A DNA stretch of 64,000 nt from Phoronis australis (Eukaryota > Animalia > Phoronida), in the NCBI GenBank assembly GCA_002633005.1, contig NMRA01000897.1, forward strand, positions 42,943 through 106,942, given 5' to 3'. The first letter of the stretch is position 1; each line of letters begins with the position of its first letter. The translations under genes were made by a program, and so were the position numbers. This document shows, in pieces, positions 1 through 12,000 of this stretch. The notes under the pieces are model-generated. The model worked only from the letters and a program-made list of their open reading frames with translations. It ran no database searches and was not told where the DNA came from.

Positions 1-266
1 ATTTTTGAATGAGCCTGTGCACAAGTTATAGTTCTGATCATGTTGATCAGTCCTTAAGACACAAGTTTTTGAGTTAGAGGAGGTGTTAAGTGTTTGAAAG
101 AAGTCCAATTGTTATGTAGTTAGTTGTTGAATGTTGACTTATTAATTTAATAATTATACTTTTTAGTGTTTCCTGCAGATCTTGTGGCCAATCTAATTTT
201 GACATTGTTAAAGATTTATTTGTAATAAAAGTAGAAAAAGATGAGGCATTAAGAATTTGGTAAGGA

Positions 267-353
267 AGTACCATGCGTGAGAAGTATTATGCGTGAGAAG
301 TACCATGCGTAAGAAGTATCATGCGTAAGAAGTATCATGCGTGAGAAGTATCA
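267..353. repeat. 16-bp minisatellite (aagtatcatgcgtgag-like), about 5 copies
   Basis: Tandem copies of aagta(t/c)catgcgt(g/a)ag are directly visible. Confidence 0.85.
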
Positions 354-1142
354 ATGATATTCTCATGAATACTTAGGTTATATAGGACCCTAATATGTCC
401 AAATATGGCTAACTTCAGAAAGTTACATATATCCCGGAAATGGCCATCAGATTCACATGAAATTTTCACATAATATGCTCTATGCAGTTCTTCAAAGCGT
501 TGTTATCAATTGTTTATAAAATGTACCAGTTTTGCATTGCGGGCTGTCAGAAATAGGACGTAAAATTGTATAAAACCACAACTAAGTCGTATTTTACGTA
601 ACTTTAACCCTTTTGAGATTTCATCTTTAAATTTGACCATGTTGTTTTGCTATGACTGCGTCTTTTTTACTTAATTGATCTGAAAAGATACGACACAATT
701 AATATTGACAGACAGAAACGACATATATTTCAGTGGCAGATCTACGTTTTCTGTAAGGGGGGAGGTTTAGGACTCGAGCGAATCCGAGGCGCGTATAGCG
801 CCGAGCGGAAGGAAGGTCGGGAGGAGGTTTGAACCCCCTGTAGATCCGCCTCTGTGTTTACTGGAGTTAATTCCAGATTTTTATAGGATACCTGTCCATA
901 AGCTCTTATATAATGGTAAGTATATGTGGTGTATGTGGTAATACCAGCTACCAAAATATGATCAATAAATGAAGAAAACTTGAGCCAATGTCAAATACTA
1001 ACAAACAACTTTGTCAGCCATCAACTTCAACACGCCTTTTGGCGATTACCGTATCAATTACACAAAACTCTGATCTGAAGATATCGAGTCCGACTCTTAA
1101 GGAGTTATTGATCGAGTTATACTTAAAGAGTCCAAATGTCTC

Positions 1143-1300
1143 AGTGTATAAGCTCTTATATAATGGTAAGTGTATAAACTCATATAATGGTAAGTGTATA
1201 AGCTCTTGTATAATGGTAAGTGTATAAGCTCTTGTATAATGGTCAGTGTATAAGCTCTTGTATAATGGTCAGTGTATAAGCTCTTGTATAATGGTAAGTA
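1143..1300. repeat. ~26-bp minisatellite (gtgtataagctcttgtataatggtaa), about 6 copies
   Basis: Direct tandem repetition; it explains the repetitive ORFs 988-1227 and 1097-1339. Confidence 0.9.
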
Positions 1301-1703
1301 TAATTTTATTTCCAAGTATCTGGGGATCTTTGTAAGCATTTTTAGTCCGATTTGAAAACAAGTTGATTTTTTAAGTACAGTCTAGCTGGCAATTTGTGAG
1401 ACTTCACATTTCTATGGTCAACAACCAACAAGTTTTGTACATTTATTGGGGCCCAAGTTTCAGCGGCTTGCAAAATACAAAACTAAAATGAAGTGAGTGA
1501 TGTGAATAACTTGTAATATTTGCCCAAATGTTGAATCTACAATTATATAAAGCTTTCTATTAGTGTAAACTAAATACACCTAGTAAGGAATTACGGATAT
1601 TTTTTAAATATAGAACTCTGAAAGATCCCATGTCGGGTATTTTTGACAACTATAACCATACACATGTAAATATGCAAAATGTGGTTAACACATGTTGTAA
1701 TGA

Positions 1704-1797
1704 TCAGATATAACGTGCCCGAATTTTGAGAACCAGTTTTCTCAACTGAATAACTGGCATCAAACTGGTTCTCAAAATACGGGCACCTTATATCAGA
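1704..1797. mobile_element. ~95-bp hairpin MITE-like repeat; two more copies at ~62243-62440
   Basis: gatataacgtgcccgaattttgagaaccagttt...aaactggttctcaaaatacgggcaccttatatc is self-complementary and recurs near 62.2-62.4 kb. Confidence 0.7.
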
Positions 1798-2947
1798 CTA
1801 TTGCTACACATGTAACACGCGTACAAAAGTAAGTTGAAAACTATCAACAAGAACCACAAGCAACAAGTCAAACCTCACCGAGACGGGACACAATATGGCA
1901 GAGGTGAAATTTTACTTTCTTATTTATCCATAAAAGATGTACCAACACATTAGTACTTCTCCATGCTCAAGTTCTGCACTACACCGAGCACCAGGCAATA
2001 TTGTCAAGAATTGTGGCAATTTTGACAATTCTTTTTGTCCGAAATTGGTGAGATTTTATCGTACTGATTGGTACACGAGCCAATACATTTACAGTACATG
2101 GCAAAAACAATTTCACAAAATGATCGGAATTCCTCAGCAGTAACGTCTGAACGCAAGTGGAATTTCCGTCATGACGATCGAGTGCGAGCTGAATTCACTG
2201 TCAAATTAGCTGGAAAATGATAATGGGTAGGCACTTGTCCCACTTGAGTTTTCTCTTATTAATTTCGACCTGTATTGTATCAGCGTAAAGACCACTACAG
2301 TCAGCACAACACAATGATACATTCAACACAAAAACTAAGTTCATGGAACTTGCGTTTACATAATTCTCCGAAAGAACAAAAACTGAAAAAACTTGAGATA
2401 AATTCACTGGAGAAAACGTTACACTTACACCCACCCACATTCTGTAATTCAGCCGTGCATATTGGAAGCAAACAATTTCCGTAAACATACAGTTGTTATT
2501 GCTTCTAAGTGGTCAAAGTGCCTTGACTTCTAACTCCATTTGAATGATTAGAAGCGGATAGGACTGTTTAGGGCAAACTTGTACAACTTGCAATACACAG
2601 TGAAACTACATATTCATACAGTAGGCCCTACAGATGATCACCACTATTTCTGTTCAATGGGTGACGCCCAGAGGTCAAGGGAACAGCCAAGGTACGTGTG
2701 CGATATACTTTGCTAGGAGGCTGCTGGCCGTCCTGACATTTGGGTATCACCTCCTTGTTGCTCGTTCGATGAAATGTCCACAAACTGTACCTCTATTCCA
2801 TCAAACAAGAAGGTATGTTTCATTCATAAATCTATCTGACGTAAAATGCATTAAAATCTTGGCAAAATTCTTTGAAAAGTCTCAGATAACGGAGAATTAG
2901 CATGAACTAAAAGCAGCCATTTTCAACGTGACGCAGAGAAGTGTCAG

Positions 2948-3103
2948 AAACCACATGTCTCCAGAGGCTACTGGCTCTGAGGCCCAATGTTTTACTCAAA
3001 ACCACATGTCTCCAGAGGCTACTGGCTCTGAGGCCCAATGTTTTACTCAAAACCACATGTCTCCAGAGGCTACTGGCTCTGAGGCCCAATGTTTTACTCA
3101 AAA
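2948..3103. repeat. 51-bp tandem repeat, 3 copies
   Basis: aaaccacatgtctccagaggctactggctctgaggcccaatgttttactca is repeated three times almost perfectly. Confidence 0.95.
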
Positions 3104-4400
3104 CCGAACTTAAATAATTTTTGACATTTTCCATGTTTCTACTTTTATGCGAACCTGATAAGGGTCTATTTTTCTATGCTCAAGTACATAATGGTTTTGT
3201 ATAACTGTTCAATACTAGTTTACACATGATGATCCCAGTACTAAAGCTATAACATAGATTCTAAACTCGAAATCTCGGGTTTTTAGTTGAAATCTTGAGT
3301 TTTCACTCATATCAGTAGCACGAATCTAGAAGGAGGCAGTGTGGCCTAGTGTGATAGGTGCTGTTTTCTTTACTCGAGGTCGTGGGTTCTTGTGGTCACA
3401 CTGTTAAACTCTTGAGTCAGGTTTCTAGCTCCTGAGTTCGGTTTTAACTGTGGTTCCAGGTGATCAGTGCAATGGGCTCACATGCGCGGCCTGCGCATGT
3501 CTGGTACAACGTGTATAAGACCGCCTGCAATTTTTAAAATTTCTACTTTTTAGCACAAATCTAGGGGTCATCAAATACAAACTTGGACTAGGCCTTTGTC
3601 TATATAAACCATCCCATACACAACTACACAAAGTAGACATTTATCTTGCGTTCGTACCAAAGTAGAACAACAAATGTCATAAATTCGACTGCGAGTACAA
3701 AGATTAGACCTCGAACCCCAGAATGACAGTAAGTGCTTCTGGCAATCTTCAGCATTTTAACCAATAAACTTGTGTTCATAAACCTGTTTTAGAGTCACGT
3801 GCTATATATTCACGCACTACACTGCTCTGCGTATAAACTGCATGCTCACACATGCTCACCAAAAAAAAAGATTTATTAACAACAAATTAACATTTAATAA
3901 ATACATTGAAAGCCCGTCTTATCAATTAAAATTTACATGGCCAAAATCTGTTTTCTAATTTTTTAAATAAATATGCATAGAGGTGGTTGTTCGGGAGAGG
4001 AGGCCGTGTGGCCTTGTGGGTTGAGTGTCCGCCTCCTTTCTCAAATCCCACTGGACCCAACTGCTAGACTCTTGAGTCACGTCTCTAGTTCCTCAACTCG
4101 CTCTCAATTTGTGTATATGTCTAAATCTGTTACATGTCTTGTGTACATTTAGTAAAACAAAAATGGTTTCAAGTGTTTGGTGCAATTGGTCCAGCTGAGT
4201 GGCCAACACAATGTGTATCAGACCACCTGCACTTTTTATTATTGAGGTTACAGGGAAACTTTAACAAATATGCATTGTGTTTTAGTAACTAAAACAACAC
4301 ATTATATTCAGAAACACAAGTACAAACCAGACCACTTCTTATTTTTAACCCTTTGAGAAAATGGGTTTCAGTAATACAGTCGTGACATTTACAGCTGTCT

Positions 4401-4586
4401 TCAAAACATTTTTTGTGGGTAAAACTTTGGAGAGCTGACTGACTCCATGGGAGGTCTGGACAATACAGCAGCAGAGCCATGGAGTGTGCATGAATCTGAG
4501 GCCTGTGAGAGTCTGCTGGTCAGCTGGTCACTATAGTTGCAGTCCTGCTCATCGATGTACTCTAGAATGTCCATTGATTCTAAGTC
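4401..4586 (-). CDS. Possible terminal exon of the unknown minus-strand gene (DLESMDILEYIDEQDCNYSDQLTSRLSQASDS...PQKMF*)
   Basis: Polypyrimidine tract and AG acceptor (ttttttctag on minus), then 61 open codons in phase 0 and a TGA. No recognisable domain. Confidence 0.35.
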   Translation of the reverse strand, partial: DLESMDILEYIDEQDCNYSDQLTSRLSQASDSCTLHGSAAVLSRPPMESVSSPKFYPQKMF

Positions 4587-7500
4587 CTAGAAAAAAGAAA
4601 ACCGCACTAATGCCAATTCTTCACTTATTTAGCGTACAAAATGGCCGATAAGTGAAATTCTATTTTTTTAAAGTTCTCCACAAAAATAAACATTAAGAAA
4701 CCATAAGTCTGTTGCTAGCATGGTTTGTACTCTGTTGATTTAATAGAACAACTTTTTGTAATTTTTTCATTTTATGCATTATTAAAGTAATCAGCCTTTT
4801 GCTAAACAGAACAAGAGCAACGCAGAGCGTTGAAATGCGCCCACAATTGACCTATCGCAAGCTCCGCCCCTATGCGAAAAGTCACGTGACACCCGACATT
4901 CGAACGAGATGTCAGAGGCAAATACACTGTCGCTAAACGACGTTCCTGGTGAAATCGATGAGTGTTTTTGCACTATTTGAAAACGCGTCGACAGGGACAA
5001 GAGGCGATGCTTTTCAACAGTGAATCGTACGTTCATGATATGGGAATTTGTAAAGGTGACGATGAAAAAATAAGTGCTCGAGGAGCCAGACAAAATCCGA
5101 AGAACCCCTCGGCCTCGGGGCTACCTTCACCTGCAGGGCTCGACATAACGAGCTGCAGGTCGCATTTGCGACCTGAAATTTGGAAATGCGAGCTGAGATT
5201 TTTGTCAGCTCGTATAAAGTCACAAAATGCGACCTGGAATTTCCAACGAATGCGAGCTGAGTTTTTACACTTCTCAACAGATACCTGGCAAATACAAAGC
5301 AGCTCTTGTTAATCCGACCGTTATTTGGTTGTTGCCAAATACAAGTTCAAAAGAACACTAACAGGCCTCCCGATGACTTGTAAGCAAGTCGCGTGATCAT
5401 GGGATATGCAGAATCAATCTTTGACGCGTTTCATTGGCTAACACTTTCGGCCACTTTTGTAAATTCCCGGATTCGTCGAGGAAAGTTTCGGGCCACTGCT
5501 TACACGTGATAAAACTTCACATAACAACGGTGTTTCTATTAATTCTTAAGTGATCAACTTACCAAACTTTGTGGTGGACAAAAATGCTTATTTTTCGCAT
5601 AAGANNNNNNNNNNNNNNNNNNNNNNNNNNNNNNNNNNNNNNNNNNNNNNNNNNNNNNNNNNNNNNNNNNNNNNNNNNNNNNNNNNNNNNNNNNNNNNNN
5701 NNNNNNNNNNNNNNNNNNNNNNNNNNNNNNNNNNNNNNNNNNNNNNNNNNNNNNNNNNNNNNNNNNNNNNNNNNNNNNNNNNNNNNNNNNNNNNNNNNNN
5801 NNNNNNNNNNNNNNNNNNNNNNNNNNNNNNNNNNNNNNNNNNNNNNNNNNNNNNNNNNNNNNNNNNNNNNNNNNNNNNNNNNNNNNNNNNNNNNNNNNNN
5901 NNNNNNNNNNNNNNNNNNNNNNNNNNNNNNNNNNNNNNNNNNNNNNNNNNNNNNNNNNNNNNNNNNNNNNNNNNNNNNNNNNNNNNNNNNNNNNNNNNNN
6001 NNNNNNNNNNNNNNNNNNNNNNNNNNNNNNNNNNNNNNNNNNNNNNNNNNNNNNNNNNNNNNNNNNNNNNNNNNNNNNNNNNNNNNNNNNNNNNNNNNNN
6101 NNNNNNNNNNNNNNNNNNNNNNNNNNNNNNNNNNNNNNNNNNNNNNNNNNNNNNNNNNNNNNNNNNNNNNNNNNNNNNNNNNNNNNNNNNNNNNNNNNNN
6201 NNNNNNNNNNNNNNNNNNNNNNNNNNNNNNNNNNNNNNNNNNNNNNNNNNNNNNNNNNNNNGGGGGGGGGGCGCTTATTATAACCCAGGGCGGTTGAAAC
6301 CCGGTCTCCGAAACAGGTGAAATCGGAAGCTAAGATTCATCAAATTTACGCTGTGTGACGTATATGTAATCTATGAAAGACTTTCAACAAAACTGTGGTG
6401 CATTGCTACCAAACTTTACTACTAAATTACGATCATGTTACAGAAAATTGTGCTGAAATCCCAGGGCGAAAACTCGCCGACTGACTGCCTCGAAATCGCC
6501 GTCTTCGATATGGTTACTTCAATGCTTGAATAAAAATTTTTTCGGCTCAAGCAAATTACCTAAAATCCTTATTAAGTTTTATAAGTAGCGTCTCCAAGAT
6601 TTTTTAAGTTCCCGTGGAGTCTGGATTAACGGCAGGTTTAAGTACAAATCTGTGCAACATCGTGCCATCTACATGTATGATCGGCAACACGGCGAGAAAA
6701 ATGTCTAGACGAACACACATGTTGTTGTCACGTGACGTTTGCTTTGAAGTTCGTCTGCGAGTAAGCGAGCGCGTGCGTGTCACCTGAGTTCATTTGCCAA
6801 AGCAAAGCCACGCAATCTAAGTAGCTAGATGTGTCTAAAGAAATTTGCACAAGCAGTAGGCTTAAACCAGAGTGTGTTTCATTCAGCACTTGCCAGTTGC
6901 GTGCTAAAAACTTTCAACATTTGTCTCGGTAAGGCCCATATTAGTCGCCGTGTAGCTGGAAGCGTACGTAACTATCTGACAGTCATTTTTCGGTGTAAGG
7001 GTGTGTAAGCATTCACTGTCAGTTGTCATTTTATCGGATATTCGGCTTAAAAACACCAATTATGGTTAATCAAACAATCTATCTCAAAAATAACGCAAAC
7101 ATGTTTCACCCCGGCCAACCCGCGATCGAGAACGAAATTTGGCGCGAGAAGCGAAGCCAGAAAATGTAAGTAAATTTGATGAATTTTTGGTTGTTTTGAG
7201 TTTCAATACGAAAACAGAGACATGAGTTCAAGGCGTAACACATTGAGGAAGGACAGGTAGAAGTTTAGACTTGTGTCTCGTCCAAATATTGGAGAAAAGT
7301 TACTTTAACCGATGAATCGCTTGAGCCGAAGTAGGCAATGACCATCGCCTCTGTTGGCCCGAACCAGAGGCGATGCAGAGGCTATAGGCGCTCTGTACGC
7401 CGGTTCTACATCAATATATTAATCATGAGGAAATGACGTATGAAAATGTAACCCAACGCTTGTTTTCCGTAGCATTGTCAGGATCTTTGATTTATGAACC

Positions 7501-7730
7501 TTTTTCTGTTAAAAGAAGCGATCGAGAACGCATTGATAAGCGATCGGGAACGCACATTTGAGTTCGCTAAAGCGATCGGGAAGGCACTGCGGTGTGTTGA
7601 ACAATAGTGAACTTTTCAGTAATAAAGAGTTTTAAAAGTTACAAAACAAGTGTGGTTCAATGAATTAATGATATTTTGCATCATTACTGTGTTGCTTTTT
7701 TGTTTAAAACTAAATTTCATAGCATAGCAT

Positions 7731-8032
7731 CCCATACCAAAAAGGCCTCCTGCAAACACTTGCGGCAAGCTTGCTGCAAAAGTTTCTGCAAATCAGCCAC
7801 AAACACATGGAATGATCTCTAGCCAGAAAGTTGTAGTAAGTTTCCTGCAACCCAGCCGCAAACATTGCAGCAAACTTGCTGCATGTTTGCCGCTAGCATG
7901 CAGCAAACTTTCACCATGCAAATGAAGTTTGCAGCAAGCTTGCAGCAAACATCTCCATGTCCTTATTTGGAACAGTTCCTGCAAGGCAGCTGCACACATT
8001 GCTGCAAGCTTGCTGCAAACATCTTCATGGGG
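7731..8032. repeat. MITE-like insertion built from repeated palindromic gcagcaagcttgc(t/a)gc motifs
   Basis: Many copies of gcaagcttgc/gcagcaaac in both orientations between cccat... and ...atgggg. Confidence 0.5.
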
Positions 8033-9036
8033 TTATATAGAAGTTTCTGCGAACCACCTGAAAAAATATTGCTGAAAGACTACAAAATACTTGAATTATG
8101 GTATGAATAATTTAATAAAAAATGTCCTTGGCTAATACATTATTTTTATTGTATGCCCACTTGTTAAAACAAGAAAATACAGAATCAGCTGCATACTCGA
8201 TTTAACATGATAGTTTTCAATCTTTTAATGTATGTCGACTAGAAATGAAATCAACATCACATGACAAGGAATAACAGAAACTACAAAAGTGTCTACAGTG
8301 GCAGTTAGTAATAATACTTGTATTACAATCAAAATTGTGTCTAAAGAGAACAACTAGAATGTATGCAAGCCTTAATTACAATATGCCAATATGTTTTATG
8401 CTTAACGCACGACAAAAATCTATGGTAATTGTAACTAATCAAAACTAACAACAGCAACACAGAGTGTTGAAATGTGCCCACGGCTGTGCCGCCTACGGGG
8501 TGTTAATCAGCATTGAAAATGGCAAAAAAATGTCGAATGCCAATAAAAAAACCCCATGAAATCAGATTTCCTCTCAGTGAAAATAAGGCATACTTAGCAC
8601 AACATGTCGAGCATATTAAAGTATTTTATTTTAAATTACCTCATTACTGGTCAACTAAAAAGAATCACTCTTAGCAAGTTGTATGTTGAAATTTGCAATA
8701 TTTCGACTAGGGATATCATCCAACAGCAACATTCATTTAGCTAAGGCATCAAACATAAATTAAACCTTTCCATTCTACAATATTTCTTAGGTGTTGAAAA
8801 GAACAATTACAGAGGTTGTCCAGTTATAGTCATACTAGTAGACGTTCTAAACACATTCTACTCCAGACTAATCTGTATTGCAGCAATCAGTGGTGTTGCA
8901 TAGGGATCGTGGGATGATCGCTCCACTTTTCTTCCTTAGCATATATTTCCATAAAATCACCATGAGCACTACATGTACAGCAAGCGTTATATTTTAGTTA
9001 TGGATATTTTCACAAATTATTTTATTTTTATTTCAG

Positions 9037-12000
9037 GAAACAATTTCATTGTTATTATTGCCCGGCAAGCTTCAACGACCATGAAAAAATCATTGCCCAC
9101 GCTGTGGCGGTGCCTTTTAGATGAAACTACTGGGAAAATGGGACTCTAAACTAAGACGCATCCAGGAGTTATTCCACGAGACGTATCAGCTGGGGGAAAA
9201 CAAATTGTTGCGACTGATGAAAGTGAGTGCCGAATATTTTTACAAAACTGCGACAACAAAAGAAAAAAAAACCGAACACGCCAGTGAAGTCAAGCAATGA
9301 TAGTGAGTTTGCCAAAGAAAATCTGAAAACAGATGAGACTCCCAGTAATGAAGAATTAGAGTTTGACAAGATGTGCTTCTTGCTTCCCCAAGTCATAGAG
9401 ATAATGAAAGAAAATGGTCTCATGGAATCTTACGTGAAACTGATTGCACTTCTTGCCTCAGGTAGACTGCCTTTGAACAACATATGTTTCCTACTATTCC
9501 TGGATAGTCGAGTGGTTTTCGGTGGAAAATACTTCCAAAATGCGTTACCAAAACCCACAAACTCTTCGGTTCTGGGAAATTGGCTACCAGCTATTTCATT
9601 GAAAGTTCATCAGATTTATGTCTGGACAACGAAATACAGGTCAGATTTTAGACCAGTCAACAGCAAGGGGAGAGTATAGCTCAGGTCAATTCAAAGTGAA
9701 CTTTGCAGTGCCATCTCTGACTACAATACAACATAACCTTTCTAAAAGGAGTCCGTTTTTTCCAGGAATAAAAAGGCAGACAATTGAAAATATAGCCCAC
9801 ACTTATGAAAGCTCTCCTGTAATTTTAGCTGTGGATGGAAAAAAAAATAAGTCGCGGAAAGGGCAAACGCATGGAGGATATTGACCTGTGGGGTTTTGAA
9901 CCAAAGCCAACTCTTCAGGAAAGATTGAACCAAGTTGAAAGAGAAGTGGAATTCGTGAATGAGCTAACAAAAGAAACGGATAGACTAATGACCTATAGTG
10001 TTCAGACCATTAGTGCAATACCCTCAACGTCACGTGAAAAAATTCATTCCGGACTCGTTGAATTGATTAAGTTCATAGGATATCGTAATAAAACAATGAG
10101 AGGCACTGAACAGACGCTAATTCGCTCTGAAGAGAAGTTCAAGCGACTCGGCGGAGATGACTGGATGAAATCCAAGTATTTCCCGGTCATCTCTTTAATG
10201 AGGACAAAACGCAGTGAAATTCGTGCCCACCTAAAAGGTCTTCAGCTGTCAGACGAGATCACAAAATTGGGAATTGACCTAAATGGGAAATCAAACCTTC
10301 ATTCCGAGAAGTTAGTTAAGCTTGCAGAACAACAGAACTTTTATTCACTGAACCCAAACTTCAATAAGTCGACTGATCCACGTTATATGCAACAAAGAAC
10401 CCCGGAGTGGTTTTCTTTGCGCAGCGAAGCGAAAGTTACTGGAAGTACAGCCAATTGTGCACTCGGCTTAGAGACCTTAAAAAGACAAAAAGAACATTTT
10501 CACCAAGTAATTCATGGCATAGAAAAACCTCGTCACAGTGCACTTAACACTCAGAGAATGCTTTATTTAACTGAACACGAACTGGATGCAGTTGCAACAA
10601 TGACATCTAAAGTATTGCCGTTTCTGTTTCCAGAACTGAGCTATTATGAAGAAGGTTGCCAAACAATACCTCACGGCGACAAAGCAGCATTCATGGTAGT
10701 GAGTTCGGATGGCAGTCTCAGGACAAATGATAATGCAGAACCAATAATGATGTATGAAAACAAGTGCAAAGCACCCCAGTCCTATAATCCTAACGCATAC
10801 TACAAGATTCCTAAATATTACGCTGTACAGTTACTCTCTGAGATGTTTGCTTACAGATGTGACAAATTACTCTTTACGTGCTGGTCAGAGACGTCACTTA
10901 CTGCTTTCATGGTTAATTTCGACCATCATCTATGGGGAATGTGCTCGGAGGAAATGACAGAAGTGTATGGCAGTCCAAATCCAAAGCTACTTACTAAGTT
11001 CAGACCTAGTCGAAAGCTCATCCAAGAACAAATCGCTGCATTTATGGAGAATATCATCCACTTTCTCGGTGAGTTTATGTCGTGTGTTGCTGTGAGATCA
11101 CCATCGTCAGACGTCCAAAGTGATGACGCTTATATATCGCCACAGAGTTCAAATGACGCCAAGCCAATTTCTACAGCTCGAGAGTTACAGAACTGCCTTG
11201 TGTCGACGAAAAACTGGATTAATCGGGCTCATCAGTTGTCTAGGACAACTGCATCCGAGATTCTGGTCTACATGGTGAACGGTTTAGACCGGACTTACCA
11301 TGCCGAAATAAATGTTGCTTATCCTATAGCGTATGCAATGAAGGGAACAAGCATGAATAATGCCACCTTTAGAAGTATGATGAATCAAGTTATCTCTGAA
11401 TGTGAAGCAAGGGGGTCTAAACGTGCCGGCCACGTCTAGTGATGGACAATGGCATAAGTAAGGAGTTCGCGGTGATGACAACGAACCACTGACTGTCTTG
11501 CAATTACAGAAAGATCACTGGTCAAGTGTGATGTCACAAGATAAGAAGACGATTATGTCCCAAATAAAATCTAAAGCAAGTGTAAAGAGTTTTCCTGAAG
11601 ATGTCCAAAAAGAGTACAATGTCAATGGTTCCGTGACTGTCTGGCACAAGAAAGATTCATCGATGACTGGGTATCTAAACACAGACCACTCAAAATCCCA
11701 GAGAAATGCAATCATTGATGCTACTTGCCAGAACAGATATGATGGGACTGAATCTCAGCTGTTATCTGTAAAAGAAACATGTCTCGCACTTTTTGAGGAT
11801 GAACACTTTGAAAACACTTCTCTCGAAACTCTAAATGCTGTTGAAAATATAATTGAAAGCTCAGTAACAAATAACGTGCAGAATTTGCATGAGTTCCTTG
11901 GACAGGACTATTTTGTCGAACCATGGTTGTTCCAAGAAGAACCAGGTGCTACACACAAAGTTTTGGCGCAACATCTGACGTGCTCTTTGGGGCTTTTGAG

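Noticed and set aside
4791-5312. Overlapping 87-116-aa ORFs
   Set aside because: No motifs; they lie in a CpG-rich repeat insertion with internal gcgacctg/gcgagctgag repeats.
5550-6320. Long ORFs full of X (also 20382-21572, 47119-47990, 56098-56292)
   Set aside because: They only read through N gaps.
9835-11439. YqaJ ORF as a prophage or endogenous viral gene
   Set aside because: No capsid, polymerase or other viral genes nearby. It is continuous, via frameshifts, with DDE transposase motifs inside TIRs and a TSD.
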